DNA from: Spirochaetia bacterium
Lineage (GTDB): Bacteria; Spirochaetota; Spirochaetia; PWKH01
Length of the DNA stretch: 56,310 nt
NCBI GenBank assembly: GCA_007116075.1
Contig: SKJE01000051.1
Coordinates: 1 to 56,310, forward strand
Direction of reading: 5' to 3'
This document shows positions 20,884 to 31,502 of the stretch, piece by piece. The notes beneath the pieces were generated by a model. The model worked only from the letters and a program-made list of their open reading frames with translations. It was not told the origin of the DNA and searched no databases. Position 1 is the first letter of the stretch; each line of letters begins with the position of its first letter. The position numbers and the translations under genes were made by a program.

Positions 20884-21342
20884 ATGCTTACAGATACGCT
20901 GTGTGAGAGAGAATTATACAAAGAGCTCTTCCCCCTTGTGGACTCCTTGGGGTATACTGTAGTTGATATACAGGATTCGGTGATACGTCGTGAACGACAT
21001 GTGCATCTGGTGATCAAGAATCGGGAAGGTAATACCTCCCTGGAGGACTGCAGTGCAGTGTCACGGCTTGTATATCCTCGATTGTCAGTGATCTTCGATT
21101 CCCGGGATATACATTTTGAAGTCTCTTCGCCGGGACTGCAGAGGAATATGAAGGATGTCAGGGAATTTTCAATCTTTCTTGGTGAACGCATCAAAGTTCT
21201 GATTGGGGATAACTGGTATGAAGGTAACCTTAGGGATTTTGACGGGTCCCGGATTGAACTTGCTGAAGAGCAGGGAGTGCAGCATTATCCTGTGCACACC
21301 ATAAAAAAAGCTAAGCTAGTAAGTAATCTGAAGGAGAAATAA
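20884..21342 (+). CDS. rimP: ribosome maturation factor RimP
   Basis: 152 aa. The motif FEVSSPGLQRNM matches the RimP SSPG box. The gene sits at the head of the nusA-infB block. Confidence 0.85.
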   Translation: MLTDTLCERELYKELFPLVDSLGYTVVDIQDSVIRRERHVHLVIKNREGNTSLEDCSAVSRLVYPRLSVIFDSRDIHFEVSSPGLQRNMKDVREFSIFLGERIKVLIGDNWYEGNLRDFDGSRIELAEEQGVQHYPVHTIKKAKLVSNLKEK

Positions 21343-21347
21343 CAGAT

Positions 21348-22907
21348 ATGGCTGCGGGTTTACATGATGCAATTCTATCATTAGTACATGATAAGGGAAT
21401 CTCGGAAGATCTTATAAAACAGACCATCGAAGAGTTTCTTCTTGCCGCATATAAGAGAAAATTCGGCACCGCTGATAATGCAGTTGTACAGTTCAGCGAC
21501 GATGGAGACGAAGTTTCACTTTTTGCGAAAAAACTGATCGTTGAGGACCTCGAAGACCCGATCACAGAAATTGCCCTAGACGAGGCGCTTGAGCTGAACG
21601 AGGATTGTGAACCGGGCGATGAACTGCTGATTGAGATTGATCCCAAGGAATTTGACCGTATTGCGGTGCAGAGTGCAAAGCAGAAGGCACGGCAGAGCCT
21701 CCGGGATATCCAGAAGGATACCCTCTATTCCGAGTACAAAGGAAAAGAGGGTGAGATGATCATCGGCTACTACCAGCGTGAAAAAAATGGTGATCTTTTT
21801 ATCGATGTAGGTAAGACAGAGGCTATTTTACCAAAACGGTTCCAGTCCCCCAGGGAATTTTATCATCAGGGTGACCGGCTGAAGGTACTTATCCAAAGCG
21901 TGGAAAAATCTCCCCGTGGACTAAGCATTGTGCTTTCCAGAACCCATACTGACTTTGTTAAGAAGCTCTTTGAAATTGAGGTTCCTGAAATCTACGACCA
22001 CACCATAGAAATATACAAGATTGTTCGTGAACCAGGTTACCGGACAAAACTTGCAGTCTATTCTAATCGTGATGACGTCGATCCCGTTGGAGCCTGTGTT
22101 GGGTTGAAAGGAACACGGATTCAGGCTATCGTAAAGGAGCTTGAGGGAGAAAAAATTGATATTCTGAAATATGAGACTGATCCCCGGAACTTTATCAAGA
22201 ATGCCCTTTCTCCCGCTGAGGTGAGACTGGTGTATATCCTTGATGAGGCGAAGCGCTCCGCCCTTGCTGTAGTGGGTGAAGGACAGCTTTCTCTGGCAAT
22301 CGGGAAACAGGGTCTCAATGTTCGACTGGCAAATCGTCTTGCCGACTGGAATATCGACGTGAAAACCGAATCCCAGTTTGCGGAAATGGATATAAACGTT
22401 GAGTTCAAGCGGGACTTCGATGCTCTTTTCTCCTCAATAGATGAAGAGGGAGAGTATAGGGACATTGAGAATATTTCTGATATCCCGGAAATTTCCGAAG
22501 ATTATGTTGAGCTGCTCCGTAATAACGGTATTGAGAGTATTGAAAGCTTCATCAATACCGATAACGATCAGCTCCTTGAAATCGAGGGAATCGATGAAAA
22601 GGTACTGCAGGAATTGAATGATATTGTGAATGAGTATGTTGATATTGTCGAAGAAAACGACAATACTGATGATGAACAGGAAGAAGAGGACGATCTGCAG
22701 ATCGATGAGGAAGAAATCGATCAACCGGAAGAGGAAGTTGAGTCCGAATCTGAAGAAGAGCTGCCCGAAGGAGAGGAAGAGGAAGTTGAAGAAACCTTTG
22801 AATGTCCTGAGTGCGGAGGAGAAATCACCATTCACATGGAGACCTGTCCCAGTTGCGGGGTGGGACTCAGTTTTGAATTTGAGGATGAAGAAGAGGAAGA
22901 GGAATAA
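21348..22907 (+). CDS. nusA: transcription termination/antitermination factor NusA with acidic C-terminal tail and terminal zinc ribbon
   Basis: An N-terminal domain, S1 and two KH regions are present (ACVGLKGTRIQAIVKELEGEKID, IGKQGLNVRLA). These are followed by an HhH-like segment, a long D/E-rich tract and CPECGG...CPSCG. Confidence 0.92.
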   Translation: MAAGLHDAILSLVHDKGISEDLIKQTIEEFLLAAYKRKFGTADNAVVQFSDDGDEVSLFAKKLIVEDLEDPITEIALDEALELNEDCEPGDELLIEIDPKEFDRIAVQSAKQKARQSLRDIQKDTLYSEYKGKEGEMIIGYYQREKNGDLFIDVGKTEAILPKRFQSPREFYHQGDRLKVLIQSVEKSPRGLSIVLSRTHTDFVKKLFEIEVPEIYDHTIEIYKIVREPGYRTKLAVYSNRDDVDPVGACVGLKGTRIQAIVKELEGEKIDILKYETDPRNFIKNALSPAEVRLVYILDEAKRSALAVVGEGQLSLAIGKQGLNVRLANRLADWNIDVKTESQFAEMDINVEFKRDFDALFSSIDEEGEYRDIENISDIPEISEDYVELLRNNGIESIESFINTDNDQLLEIEGIDEKVLQELNDIVNEYVDIVEENDNTDDEQEEEDDLQIDEEEIDQPEEEVESESEEELPEGEEEEVEETFECPECGGEITIHMETCPSCGVGLSFEFEDEEEEEE

Positions 22908-22925
22908 GGAAGGTAACGATACTCT

Positions 22926-25436
22926 ATGGCAGAAGACAACAATAAACCTAAGGCGACGCTGATAAAACACAAGAAAGTTGAGCAGAAACCTCCTCAGCCT
23001 CAGACCACCCCAGCTTCTGAAAAGAAGAAAGTTGTAGTGGTGAAGAAAAAAAGGGTTGTGGTAAAGAAGTCCGCTCCAGCGAACAAAACGCCCGAGGAGA
23101 CCTTAGACCCAAAACTGTCAGCTGAACCAGTAGTTGAACAGCAGATTCAGAAGAAGGAACCCGCAGAAGTAACGAAACCAAAGGAAACCTCTGCACCGAC
23201 TGAAAAACCCAAAGAAGTCCCTGCCGAAGCGAAGCGGGAAGTAAAGCCCGAAACACTTACTGAAAAGGAACAGGTCCAGAAAAAAGTAGCCGCCCGGGCA
23301 AATAAGCCCCGGCAAGCATATATGACTAGAGCACAGCGGAGTGCCATTGGTGACCGGCGACCGGTAAACAAACCCCGGCCCGCAACCGATGATAGACCCC
23401 GGGCGAAGGGAAATGTATCCGGTCCTCCCAGTCAGCAGAGACCGCCACGAGGAGCTCCATCATTTAATCGTAGACCTGGACCGCCGCCTTCAGGAGGAGG
23501 ACCAAGGCAGCCGATGGGAGCACCCCCTGCAGCTCCGCTTCCGGAGGAACAGAAAACCGGGGCACGGAAGGCTGCAAAGAAGACCTTCAAGCAGAAGAAA
23601 AAGATAGACTACTCAAAAAAACGCGAACAGGTTCAGGAACGTGACTTCCATATAAAGAAGAAAACCCAGCACCGGGCAAACCCAATTCCAAAAAAGATTG
23701 ACATCATGGAAGTGATTACCGTGAGTGAGCTTGCCCGGAAGATGAACCTGAAGGCCTCCGAGCTTATTGGAAAACTCATGAGCATGGGAATGATGGTTAC
23801 CATCAACCAGCAGATTGATTCAGATACTGCAGAACTGCTTGCGACTGAGTATAACTGTGAAGTCAATATAGTATCCCTCTATGATGAAACGGTCATTGAG
23901 AAGGAAGATGTTGGAACTGATGAAAAGCAGTCAAGACCACCGATCGTGACGGTCATGGGCCATGTTGACCATGGTAAAACAAAACTGCTGGACTCAATTC
24001 GTTCCTCAGATGTAGTCGCAGGTGAATTCGGTGGCATTACCCAGCATATCGGTGCATCGACGGTGCATCTCCCTGACAATACGATCGTCTTTCTTGATAC
24101 CCCGGGGCACTCCGCTTTTACCTTGATGCGTTCCCGGGGAGCACAGATCACAGATATTGTTATTCTTGTAGTTGCAGCCAACGACGGGGTGATGCCCCAG
24201 ACAGTGGAAGCAATCAACCATGCCAAGGATGCACACGTACCGATTATAGTAGCTGTCAATAAAATTGACCTCCCTGAATCTAACCCGGACCGGGTGAAAC
24301 AGCAGCTCTCTGAATATGGGCTGATACCGGAAGCCTGGGGCGGACAGACGCTTTACTGCGAAATTTCTGCGCTCAAACAAATCGGCATCAAAGAGCTGCT
24401 CGATGCTATCCTTCTGCAGTCAGAAATGCTTGAACTTGACGCTGACTTTGACTGCCGTGCAGAGGGACGGATCATAGAATCTAAGGTTGAACATGGACGG
24501 GGTATAGTTGCTTCGGTTATTATACAGCGTGGTACTCTTCGTGTGGGAGATCCCTTTGTAGCCGGTATTTATAGCGGCAAAGTAAGGGCTCTCTTCGATG
24601 ATTACGGAAATAAAATTGATATTGGAACTCCCTCTATGCCGGTAGAGATACTTGGTTTCGGCGGGATCCCCAGTTCCGGTGCACCCTTCCAGGTAACAGA
24701 AAATGAGAAACAGTCCCGTCAGGTCGCGGCTAAACGCCAGGAACTTGAACGGCAGGGTGAGGCAAGTAACGTTAAAAAGATCACCCTGGATAATCTCTTT
24801 GATTCCATTCAGGACGGTGCGATTCAGGAATTCAAGGTTATCATTAAGGGAGACGTCCACGGATCAGTGGAGGCACTCCAGACTGCTCTTGAAAAACTTT
24901 CCACCGGTGATATTAAGCTGATTGCAATTCACGCCTCTGCGGGAGCAATTGTTGAGAATGATATTAACCTGGCAGTGGCTTCCAATGCCATTGTTATTGG
25001 ATTTAATGTACGGCCCACACCAAAGGCCCAGATTCTTGCAGACAAGGAAAAGGTTGATATCCGTAAATATAACATCATTTACGATGCCGTTGATGATATC
25101 AGGCTTGCCATGGAAGGTATGCTCTCTCCGGATCTCCGGGAAGATATAATCGGTCATGTGGAAATCAGGGAAACCTTCAAGGTGCCCAAGATTGGTCTTG
25201 TTGCAGGCTGCTATGTGCTTGATGGAAAGGTAAAACGAAACAGTACGGTCCACGTACTGCGCGATAATACGGTTATCCATACCGGAAAGATCAACTCTCT
25301 CAAGCGGTTCAAGGATGACGTGAAGAGCGTAGACGCAGGGTATGAATGCGGTCTTGGAATTGATAATTTCCAGAATATTCAACAAGGTGATATCCTTGAA
25401 GTATATGAAACAGTAGAGGTGAAAAAGCGGTTATGA
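22926..25436 (+). CDS. infB: translation initiation factor IF-2
   Basis: The N-terminus is K/P/E-rich. The GTPase motifs are [19 protein letters not shown] and NKID. 836 aa. Confidence 0.95.
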   Translation: MAEDNNKPKATLIKHKKVEQKPPQPQTTPASEKKKVVVVKKKRVVVKKSAPANKTPEETLDPKLSAEPVVEQQIQKKEPAEVTKPKETSAPTEKPKEVPAEAKREVKPETLTEKEQVQKKVAARANKPRQAYMTRAQRSAIGDRRPVNKPRPATDDRPRAKGNVSGPPSQQRPPRGAPSFNRRPGPPPSGGGPRQPMGAPPAAPLPEEQKTGARKAAKKTFKQKKKIDYSKKREQVQERDFHIKKKTQHRANPIPKKIDIMEVITVSELARKMNLKASELIGKLMSMGMMVTINQQIDSDTAELLATEYNCEVNIVSLYDETVIEKEDVGTDEKQSRPPIVTVMGHVDHGKTKLLDSIRSSDVVAGEFGGITQHIGASTVHLPDNTIVFLDTPGHSAFTLMRSRGAQITDIVILVVAANDGVMPQTVEAINHAKDAHVPIIVAVNKIDLPESNPDRVKQQLSEYGLIPEAWGGQTLYCEISALKQIGIKELLDAILLQSEMLELDADFDCRAEGRIIESKVEHGRGIVASVIIQRGTLRVGDPFVAGIYSGKVRALFDDYGNKIDIGTPSMPVEILGFGGIPSSGAPFQVTENEKQSRQVAAKRQELERQGEASNVKKITLDNLFDSIQDGAIQEFKVIIKGDVHGSVEALQTALEKLSTGDIKLIAIHASAGAIVENDINLAVASNAIVIGFNVRPTPKAQILADKEKVDIRKYNIIYDAVDDIRLAMEGMLSPDLREDIIGHVEIRETFKVPKIGLVAGCYVLDGKVKRNSTVHVLRDNTVIHTGKINSLKRFKDDVKSVDAGYECGLGIDNFQNIQQGDILEVYETVEVKKRL

Positions 25437-25786
25437 GCGGATATCGGCATGACAGAATAGCAGCATCCCTCCAGGAACTTGTCTCATCAATGATCCTCAA
25501 GGGTGAGATCAAGGATCCTCGGGTCAGCCATTTTGTACAGCTCAATCGTATAGAGGTTGCCAGCGATAATACCTTCGCTAAGGTTTTTGTATCAACCTTT
25601 GAAGACGAACAGTCCCTCCAACGTTCTGTGGAAGGGTTGAACCGCGCTAGCGGATTTATCCAGAGTAAGCTCGGCAAAGCCCTCAAGACCAGGAATACTC
25701 CAAAACTCCTGTTTGTAGCGGATACCTCCATTCATAAAGGAATGGAGGTAAACTCCCTGATTGAACGTCTGCGAAAGGATTCATGA
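25433..25786 (+). CDS. rbfA: 30S ribosome-binding factor RbfA
   Basis: 117 aa. The motif KDPRVSHFVQLNRIEVASD is present. The gene occupies the conserved position after infB, with an ATGA overlap. Confidence 0.88.
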   Translation: MSGYRHDRIAASLQELVSSMILKGEIKDPRVSHFVQLNRIEVASDNTFAKVFVSTFEDEQSLQRSVEGLNRASGFIQSKLGKALKTRNTPKLLFVADTSIHKGMEVNSLIERLRKDS

Positions 25787-26673
25787 ACACCAATGGCATT
25801 ATACTGCTGAATAAACGGTCAGGGTATACCTCATTCCAGGAACTGACCTATCTAAAACGAAACCTTGGAATATCAAAACTTGGCCATGGAGGTACCCTCG
25901 ATAAATTTGCCGAGGGTATGCTTGTGGTTCTTACCGGGTATATGACCAGATTTAATCAGTATCTGCTTCCACTGGAAAAAACGTACATCGGTACATTTCA
26001 CTTTGGTAAGGAGACAGAAACCCTTGATCCTGAGGGATCGATCATTTCTGAAGCAGAGGTTCCCTCCCGTCAAAGCGTACTCGATGTCCTTGATCAGTTT
26101 CGGGGTACCATTCTTCAACAACCACCTGTATATTCCGCAGTGCACATCGATGGTAAGCGTGCCTACCGGGCGGCTAGGGAAGGTAAGCAGCTTGATATGC
26201 CCTATCGATCAGTTCAGATATATGACCTGGAGATGCTCTCCTGGAATCCTCCTGAAGCCGTGTTTTCTATTCGATGTTCCAAGGGAACATATATCAGATC
26301 CCTTGCCCGGGATATCGCTCGCGCAGCAGGATCCAGGGCCTACGTAAGCGCACTTACCCGCACCGCTGTGGGACCTTTCTCTCTTGACGAGACGGTCCCC
26401 GCGGACCGCTGCACCCTGCCTGATGATATGCTGTCGCCTCTTGAGGGGCTCAGCAGGGCTTTGTCGGTGGAACAGGCCGATGCGCTGCCCTCATATGAGC
26501 GTATACTGAGTCACGGTTCACTGCCCCAGCTTCACTGGCTGGATTTCAAAGAGCAAAGTGATGACCATGAAGCTGTCATAGCACTTTCCGGAACCCGGGG
26601 TTTGATCGGATGGTACCTGCGAAAGGGAGAGGAGATATCGGCGATATACGTTCTCCAGGAGGCATCTGGATGA
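25783..26673 (+). CDS. truB: tRNA pseudouridine(55) synthase TruB
   Basis: GIILLNKRSGYTSF, the catalytic Asp box GHGGTLD, and PPVYSAVHIDGKRAY are present. Confidence 0.92.
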   Translation: MNTNGIILLNKRSGYTSFQELTYLKRNLGISKLGHGGTLDKFAEGMLVVLTGYMTRFNQYLLPLEKTYIGTFHFGKETETLDPEGSIISEAEVPSRQSVLDVLDQFRGTILQQPPVYSAVHIDGKRAYRAAREGKQLDMPYRSVQIYDLEMLSWNPPEAVFSIRCSKGTYIRSLARDIARAAGSRAYVSALTRTAVGPFSLDETVPADRCTLPDDMLSPLEGLSRALSVEQADALPSYERILSHGSLPQLHWLDFKEQSDDHEAVIALSGTRGLIGWYLRKGEEISAIYVLQEASG

Positions 26674-27452
26674 CCATACTGCCCTTTCGTGCCCTCTACG
26701 ATTCAAAACAGCTGCTGCATGTACCCCTTTCGGTAAGTGTAGGAGTATTTGATGGAATCCATAGAGGGCACCAGCTGCTGATCAAAAACATCACCAGTCG
26801 TCAGGATACCAAGTCAGCGGTCATCACATTTCGGGAAAATCCGAAGGCCCTGCTCCAGGGAGATCGGTATCTTGGCGATATAACCACCTGGAAACAGAAA
26901 GTAGATATATTTTCAAGTTATGAAGTTGACTACGTTATAGAAATCGCCTTCAGCAGCTCCTTCAGTCAGCTTAGCGGAGAAGAGTTTCTGACAATTCTTG
27001 CACAGGGATGTGATCTGCGTCATGTTGTTATTGGTGAAAATTTTCACTGTGGAAGAGGGGGCCGCTACTCATCCCGAGAGGTGCGCCTTTTTTTCACAAC
27101 CCACGGTATCGACGTAGATATTATTCCTTCTTTATTGTATGATGGTATACATACCGTGAGCAGCACCCGCATAAGAGAACAGGTGCTTGCCGGAGACTTT
27201 CGTACAGTCAACGGTTTAATACATAGAGCATTCTCTCTCGATATAGCCGACTTACCTCAATATCGAAGAGACGATGCCATGATTATATTGAAGGATCAAA
27301 TCACCCAGCCCCTACCGCCACCGGGGATCTATCGGGTGCGCTGTATTCTTCAGAAATCTTCCACTCAAAGTATCGTAGATATAGAAGTGGGGGATCATGA
27401 TATCTCTGTTCCTGTAATCGAAACGATACGGGAATTAGTATTTGAAGTCTAA
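26670..27452 (+). CDS. ribF: FAD synthetase / RibF-family protein with shortened C-terminal (riboflavin kinase) half
   Basis: [14 protein letters not shown] is the nucleotidyltransferase motif. I prefer the start at MTILPF (26670), which has an AGGAGG RBS and an ATGA overlap with truB. That gives 260 aa. The C-terminal part lacks a recognisable PTAN-type kinase motif. Confidence 0.75.
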   Translation: MTILPFRALYDSKQLLHVPLSVSVGVFDGIHRGHQLLIKNITSRQDTKSAVITFRENPKALLQGDRYLGDITTWKQKVDIFSSYEVDYVIEIAFSSSFSQLSGEEFLTILAQGCDLRHVVIGENFHCGRGGRYSSREVRLFFTTHGIDVDIIPSLLYDGIHTVSSTRIREQVLAGDFRTVNGLIHRAFSLDIADLPQYRRDDAMIILKDQITQPLPPPGIYRVRCILQKSSTQSIVDIEVGDHDISVPVIETIRELVFEV

Positions 27453-27466
27453 GGAGAACGAACGAT

Positions 27467-27736
27467 ATGGGTTTGACTAAGGAACGAAAGCAGGAACTGA
27501 TTCATCAGTACGGAGGCAGCGGCAAGAACACAGGCGCAACTGAGGTACAGATTGCCCTGATAACCGACAGGATCCGTGATCTTACAGAGCATTTTAAGAC
27601 TCACAAGAAGGATCACGCCAGCAGGAGAGGCCTGCTGAAGCTGGTCGGACAGCGGCGGAGACTTCTGCGCTACTTGAAGCAGAATAATCTTGATAAATAT
27701 CGGGAACTGCTGAAAGAACTTAACTTGAGAAAATAA
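27467..27736 (+). CDS. rpsO: 30S ribosomal protein S15
   Basis: 89 aa. [48 protein letters not shown] matches S15. Confidence 0.95.
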   Translation: MGLTKERKQELIHQYGGSGKNTGATEVQIALITDRIRDLTEHFKTHKKDHASRRGLLKLVGQRRRLLRYLKQNNLDKYRELLKELNLRK

Positions 27737-27749
27737 TAAGGAATGATGC

Positions 27750-29840
27750 ATGATCTATCGAGAACGAATTAAAATCGGCAAGGAAGAGATGATCCTTGAG
27801 ACCGGACGAATGGCAAAACAGGCCAATGGGGCTGTATATGCCACCTATTCGGGAAGTGCTGTTCTGGCAACTGCCTGCTGCAGCAGCTCGATCATTGAGG
27901 GTATCGACTTTGTACCTCTCCAAGTCGAGTATAATGAAAAGTACTATGCCGCAGGTAAGATCCCCGGTGGGTTCCTAAAAAGGGAAGGGCGTCCCAAGGA
28001 TAAAGAGATCCTGGTATGTCGGCTTATAGACCGGCCCCTGAGACCGCTTTTTGATAAAACCTTCCAAAGAGAAATTCAACTAGTACCCACAACACTGTCC
28101 ACTGACCAGATAAATCCCCCCGACATGGTAGCCATGGTTGCCTCCTCTGCGGCGGTGACGATATCTGATATTCCCTTTAACGGACCTATTGGTGCAGTCC
28201 GGGTCTGCTATCTTGATGGTGAATTCATCATAAATCCAACATTTCTGGAAATTGAACAGAGTTCCCTGGATATTATTGTATCCGGTACTGCTACAGGAAT
28301 AACTATGGTTGAGGGTGGAGGCAATGAAGTGCCCGAAGAAATCCTCATAGAGGCAATATCTGTTGCTGAACCGGTAATCAAGGAGATCTGTCAGGCACAG
28401 ATTCGCATGGCAGAAGCTGTCGGGAAGGTGAAACTGCCCTTGAATAACAAGACAGAGCCCTTCTCACTTGAAGAAGATATTATTGCCTTTGCAGAAGCTC
28501 CTTTAAAGGAAGCTTGCTTTGTACTTGGTAAATTTGAACGGGGAGCTGCACTTGCAGCTGTCAAGGAATCGGTTCTAGAAAAGTTTGCTGACCAGCTGGA
28601 AGAGGAAGATGCAAAGAAGGTTGGTAAGGTACTTAACGACCTAGAAAAAAGCATTGTCCGCGAATCCATCCTGAAGGAAGGAAAGCGTACCGACCACCGA
28701 AAGCCGGACCAGATTAGAACAATCACCAGTGAAATCGATATCCTGCCCAGAGCTCACGGTAGTGCCCTGTTTACCAGAGGTGAAACCCAAAGTCTTGGAG
28801 TTACTACCCTCGGTACGGTATATGATGAACAGATGAAGGATGATATCGACGGGGAAAAGAGTTTTGAGCGGTTTATGCTGCACTATAACTTTCCTCCCTT
28901 CTCAGTCGGTGAAACAGGCAGAATGTTTACCGGACGGCGTGAAATAGGCCACGGACACCTTGCCTTTCGGGCACTGGAGCCAATGCTTCCGCCAAAGGAC
29001 AGCTTTCCCTATACCATCAGGGTTGTATCGGAAATTCTGGAATCAAACGGATCTTCATCCATGGCTACAGTCTGCAGTGGAACCCTATCTCTGCTTTCTG
29101 CTGGTGTTAAGATGAAAAAACCTGTTGCCGGTATCGCCATGGGACTTATCTCCGAAGGAGATGAGATGGTTGTACTCAGTGATATCCTCGGAGAGGAAGA
29201 CCACTTGGGCGATATGGACTTCAAGGTGACCGGAACCGATGAGGGAATTACAGCTTTTCAGATGGACATAAAAATCGAAGGTGTAAGCAGCAGTCTCATG
29301 GCCAAGGCTCTTGAGCAGGCTAAAAATGGAAGACTCCATATTCTCAATGAGATGGCTAAGGCAATTTCAATCCCCAATGAAGAAATCTCAAAATATGCAC
29401 CTAAGATCCTCAAGCTGAAAGTGGATGAGGAGAAGATCGGCGCTATAATTGGACCCGGTGGAAAGGTGATCAAGAGTATTGCTGAACGTTCCGGATCTGA
29501 AATCAACATCGATAATGACGGTACTGTTACCATTTTCGGCAAAGATGCCGATAAAGCTGAAGCTGCCCGTAACATGGTGCTCTCCATCATTGAAGAGCCG
29601 GAACCAGGTAGAATTTACCAGGGAACGGTGAAGCGTATAACCGATTTCGGTGCCTTTGTGGAAATTCTTCCCGGAAAAGAAGGACTGGTGCACATCTCCA
29701 AGCTTGCCAACCACAGAGTGAAAGCTGTTGAAGACGTACTGACCATGAATCAGCAGATACCGGTTAAGCTGCTTGAGGTAGATCGAATGGGTAGATTGAA
29801 CCTCAGCTATATTGATGCACTGAACGAACAGGAGAAGTAG
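27750..29840 (+). CDS. pnp: polyribonucleotide nucleotidyltransferase (PNPase)
   Basis: 696 aa with two RNase PH domains, then KH ([11 protein letters not shown]) and S1 ([31 protein letters not shown]) domains. Confidence 0.95.
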   Translation: MIYRERIKIGKEEMILETGRMAKQANGAVYATYSGSAVLATACCSSSIIEGIDFVPLQVEYNEKYYAAGKIPGGFLKREGRPKDKEILVCRLIDRPLRPLFDKTFQREIQLVPTTLSTDQINPPDMVAMVASSAAVTISDIPFNGPIGAVRVCYLDGEFIINPTFLEIEQSSLDIIVSGTATGITMVEGGGNEVPEEILIEAISVAEPVIKEICQAQIRMAEAVGKVKLPLNNKTEPFSLEEDIIAFAEAPLKEACFVLGKFERGAALAAVKESVLEKFADQLEEEDAKKVGKVLNDLEKSIVRESILKEGKRTDHRKPDQIRTITSEIDILPRAHGSALFTRGETQSLGVTTLGTVYDEQMKDDIDGEKSFERFMLHYNFPPFSVGETGRMFTGRREIGHGHLAFRALEPMLPPKDSFPYTIRVVSEILESNGSSSMATVCSGTLSLLSAGVKMKKPVAGIAMGLISEGDEMVVLSDILGEEDHLGDMDFKVTGTDEGITAFQMDIKIEGVSSSLMAKALEQAKNGRLHILNEMAKAISIPNEEISKYAPKILKLKVDEEKIGAIIGPGGKVIKSIAERSGSEINIDNDGTVTIFGKDADKAEAARNMVLSIIEEPEPGRIYQGTVKRITDFGAFVEILPGKEGLVHISKLANHRVKAVEDVLTMNQQIPVKLLEVDRMGRLNLSYIDALNEQEK

Positions 29841-29842
29841 TA

Positions 29843-30283
29843 ATGGAGTACCCTGAGGTACGCATTCGTCTAGATGAGGGGGCACTGCCCCCTCATTATG
29901 CTTCTGAACAGGCAGCTGGAGCCGATATTCATGCTCTGCTGGACAAACCAGTCACCATACAGCCCGGCAGCCGGACAATTATTCGAACTGGGATCTATCT
30001 GGAACTGCCTGAAGGATTTGAAGCACAGGTACGCCCCCGAAGCGGCCTGGCCTTCCATCACGGTATAACGGTGCTCAATGCGCCTGGTACCATTGATGCG
30101 GATTACCGGGGTGAAGTACGAGTCATTCTGGTACATCACGGAGATCAGCCGGTCATAATCCATCCCGGCGAACGGATCGCACAGATGGTGCTGCAGCGTG
30201 TTGCCCGTTCAATCTTTATCCCTGCTGATGATATTTCTGATACTGAACGGGGATCGGGAGGATTCGGATCTACGGGTAGGTAA
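29843..30283 (+). CDS. dut: dUTP diphosphatase
   Basis: 146 aa. AAGADI, RPRSGLA, GTIDADYRGE and the C-terminal RGSGGFGSTG are present. Confidence 0.92.
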   Translation: MEYPEVRIRLDEGALPPHYASEQAAGADIHALLDKPVTIQPGSRTIIRTGIYLELPEGFEAQVRPRSGLAFHHGITVLNAPGTIDADYRGEVRVILVHHGDQPVIIHPGERIAQMVLQRVARSIFIPADDISDTERGSGGFGSTGR

Positions 30284-31500
30284 TGAGCCCTCAAAGCAGA
30301 TACAGAACAATCGAGCTGTATATAACCCGGGAATTTCTCTTCAGTTTTCTCGTAGCATTTTTCTTTTTCTTCTTTATCTTCTTTGTAAACCAGCTGCTTC
30401 TACTTGCCCGTAATGTAATGATCAGTGCAGTCTCTGTCTTGGATGTGCTGAGGATCATGCTGTATTCAATTCCTATTATTCTTTCCCTAACATTTCCCTT
30501 TGCTTCTCTGTCAGGAGCAGCCATGACTCTGGGAAATCTCTCCTCATCCAGGGAAATCGTAGCCATCCGTTCCAGTGGTATCAGCTATTGGAGGATCTTC
30601 CGTCCACTTCTGCTTATGGGCATATTATTATCACTCCTGTCTTTCGGCATCAATGATATGCTCCTTCCCCTTGGTACTATCCAGTACAGAAGCCTCTACA
30701 GAGAACTTATCTACAAAATACCGGAACTTGAAATACGACCCTTTACCCCAACCCTCCTTAAGGATACCTTGATGGTAAGCAGGAGTTCCGGCTCAGAGGG
30801 GGTGGAGGACATTGTCATGATTGATACCTCTTCTTCCCTTGAAAAAAGAAGGGTGCTCTTTGCAGACTCCGGAAGCTTCACCCAGGACAGTTTTCAGTTT
30901 CATAATGTGCATGGAGTCACTTCCCGAGACAGCGATGCGTTTGAGTATCTTCGTGCTCACGATATGGAACTTTTCTTCGATCTTGCAAGTATCACCTTCA
31001 CTATGATATCCCTGAGTCCTTCGGAGATGAGTATCCGTGATGTATATGCCGAGGTGCACCAGCGGAGACAGCGGATTGCCTCCTCCCGCGCTCAGGATCA
31101 ACTGCGAATCACAGAGATAGAGCAGAAGCTTGAGCAGAGGGATACATCTCCACAGCAGATTGTCAGTCTGGGTCAGGAGCTCTCTTCCCTGGAGACAAAG
31201 AGCTACCGAAGTACGACCCTAAAATTCTATGAAATTGAATTGTTCAGAAAATTAGCTCTTCCCATGGGTTGTTTTTTTCTGCTCTTTATTGCTTTCCCCA
31301 TCGCCTCCTTTCCCATGCAGCACGGAAAAATGATCGGCTTCGGAGTAGGGGTCATAGCTTCAACGATCTACTGGTTTCTCCTTTTTTTAGGACAGTCGGC
31401 TGGACCAACTTCAGCACTACCATCATGGCTGATTATGCTCGGTCCGAATCTACTGTTCAGTATGTTAGGCGGCTTACTGCTGCTGCTGAGCAGGAGGTAG
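30283..31500 (+). CDS. lptF: LptF/LptG-family (YjgP/YjgQ) LPS export permease
   Basis: 405 aa. The N-terminus LYITREFLFSFLVAFFFFFFIFFVNQL is typical. It is a multi-pass membrane protein with a central periplasmic domain. Which of the pair is F and which is G is not resolvable by eye. Confidence 0.7.
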   Translation: MSPQSRYRTIELYITREFLFSFLVAFFFFFFIFFVNQLLLLARNVMISAVSVLDVLRIMLYSIPIILSLTFPFASLSGAAMTLGNLSSSREIVAIRSSGISYWRIFRPLLLMGILLSLLSFGINDMLLPLGTIQYRSLYRELIYKIPELEIRPFTPTLLKDTLMVSRSSGSEGVEDIVMIDTSSSLEKRRVLFADSGSFTQDSFQFHNVHGVTSRDSDAFEYLRAHDMELFFDLASITFTMISLSPSEMSIRDVYAEVHQRRQRIASSRAQDQLRITEIEQKLEQRDTSPQQIVSLGQELSSLETKSYRSTTLKFYEIELFRKLALPMGCFFLLFIAFPIASFPMQHGKMIGFGVGVIASTIYWFLLFLGQSAGPTSALPSWLIMLGPNLLFSMLGGLLLLLSRR

Positions 31501-31502
31501 GG

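Noticed and set aside
22640-22910. GAA/GAG/GAT-rich repetitive DNA that could look like a tandem repeat or array
   Set aside because: It is in-frame poly-Asp/Glu coding sequence of NusA. There is no fixed repeat unit or spacer architecture. It is not a CRISPR or a satellite.
22926-23700. K/P/E/A-rich low-complexity region with several overlapping ORFs on both strands (22948-23256, 23118-23315, 23147-23371, 23389-23607)
   Set aside because: This is the usual disordered N-terminal region of IF-2, continuous with the GTPase domain. The overlapping ORFs are compositional artefacts.
31269-31502. Upstream extension of the lptG-type ORF (start at 31269)
   Set aside because: It overlaps the lptF-type gene by 230 nt in another frame. 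ATG 31503 has an AGGAGG RBS and the family-typical MNLFDRYLL N-terminus.
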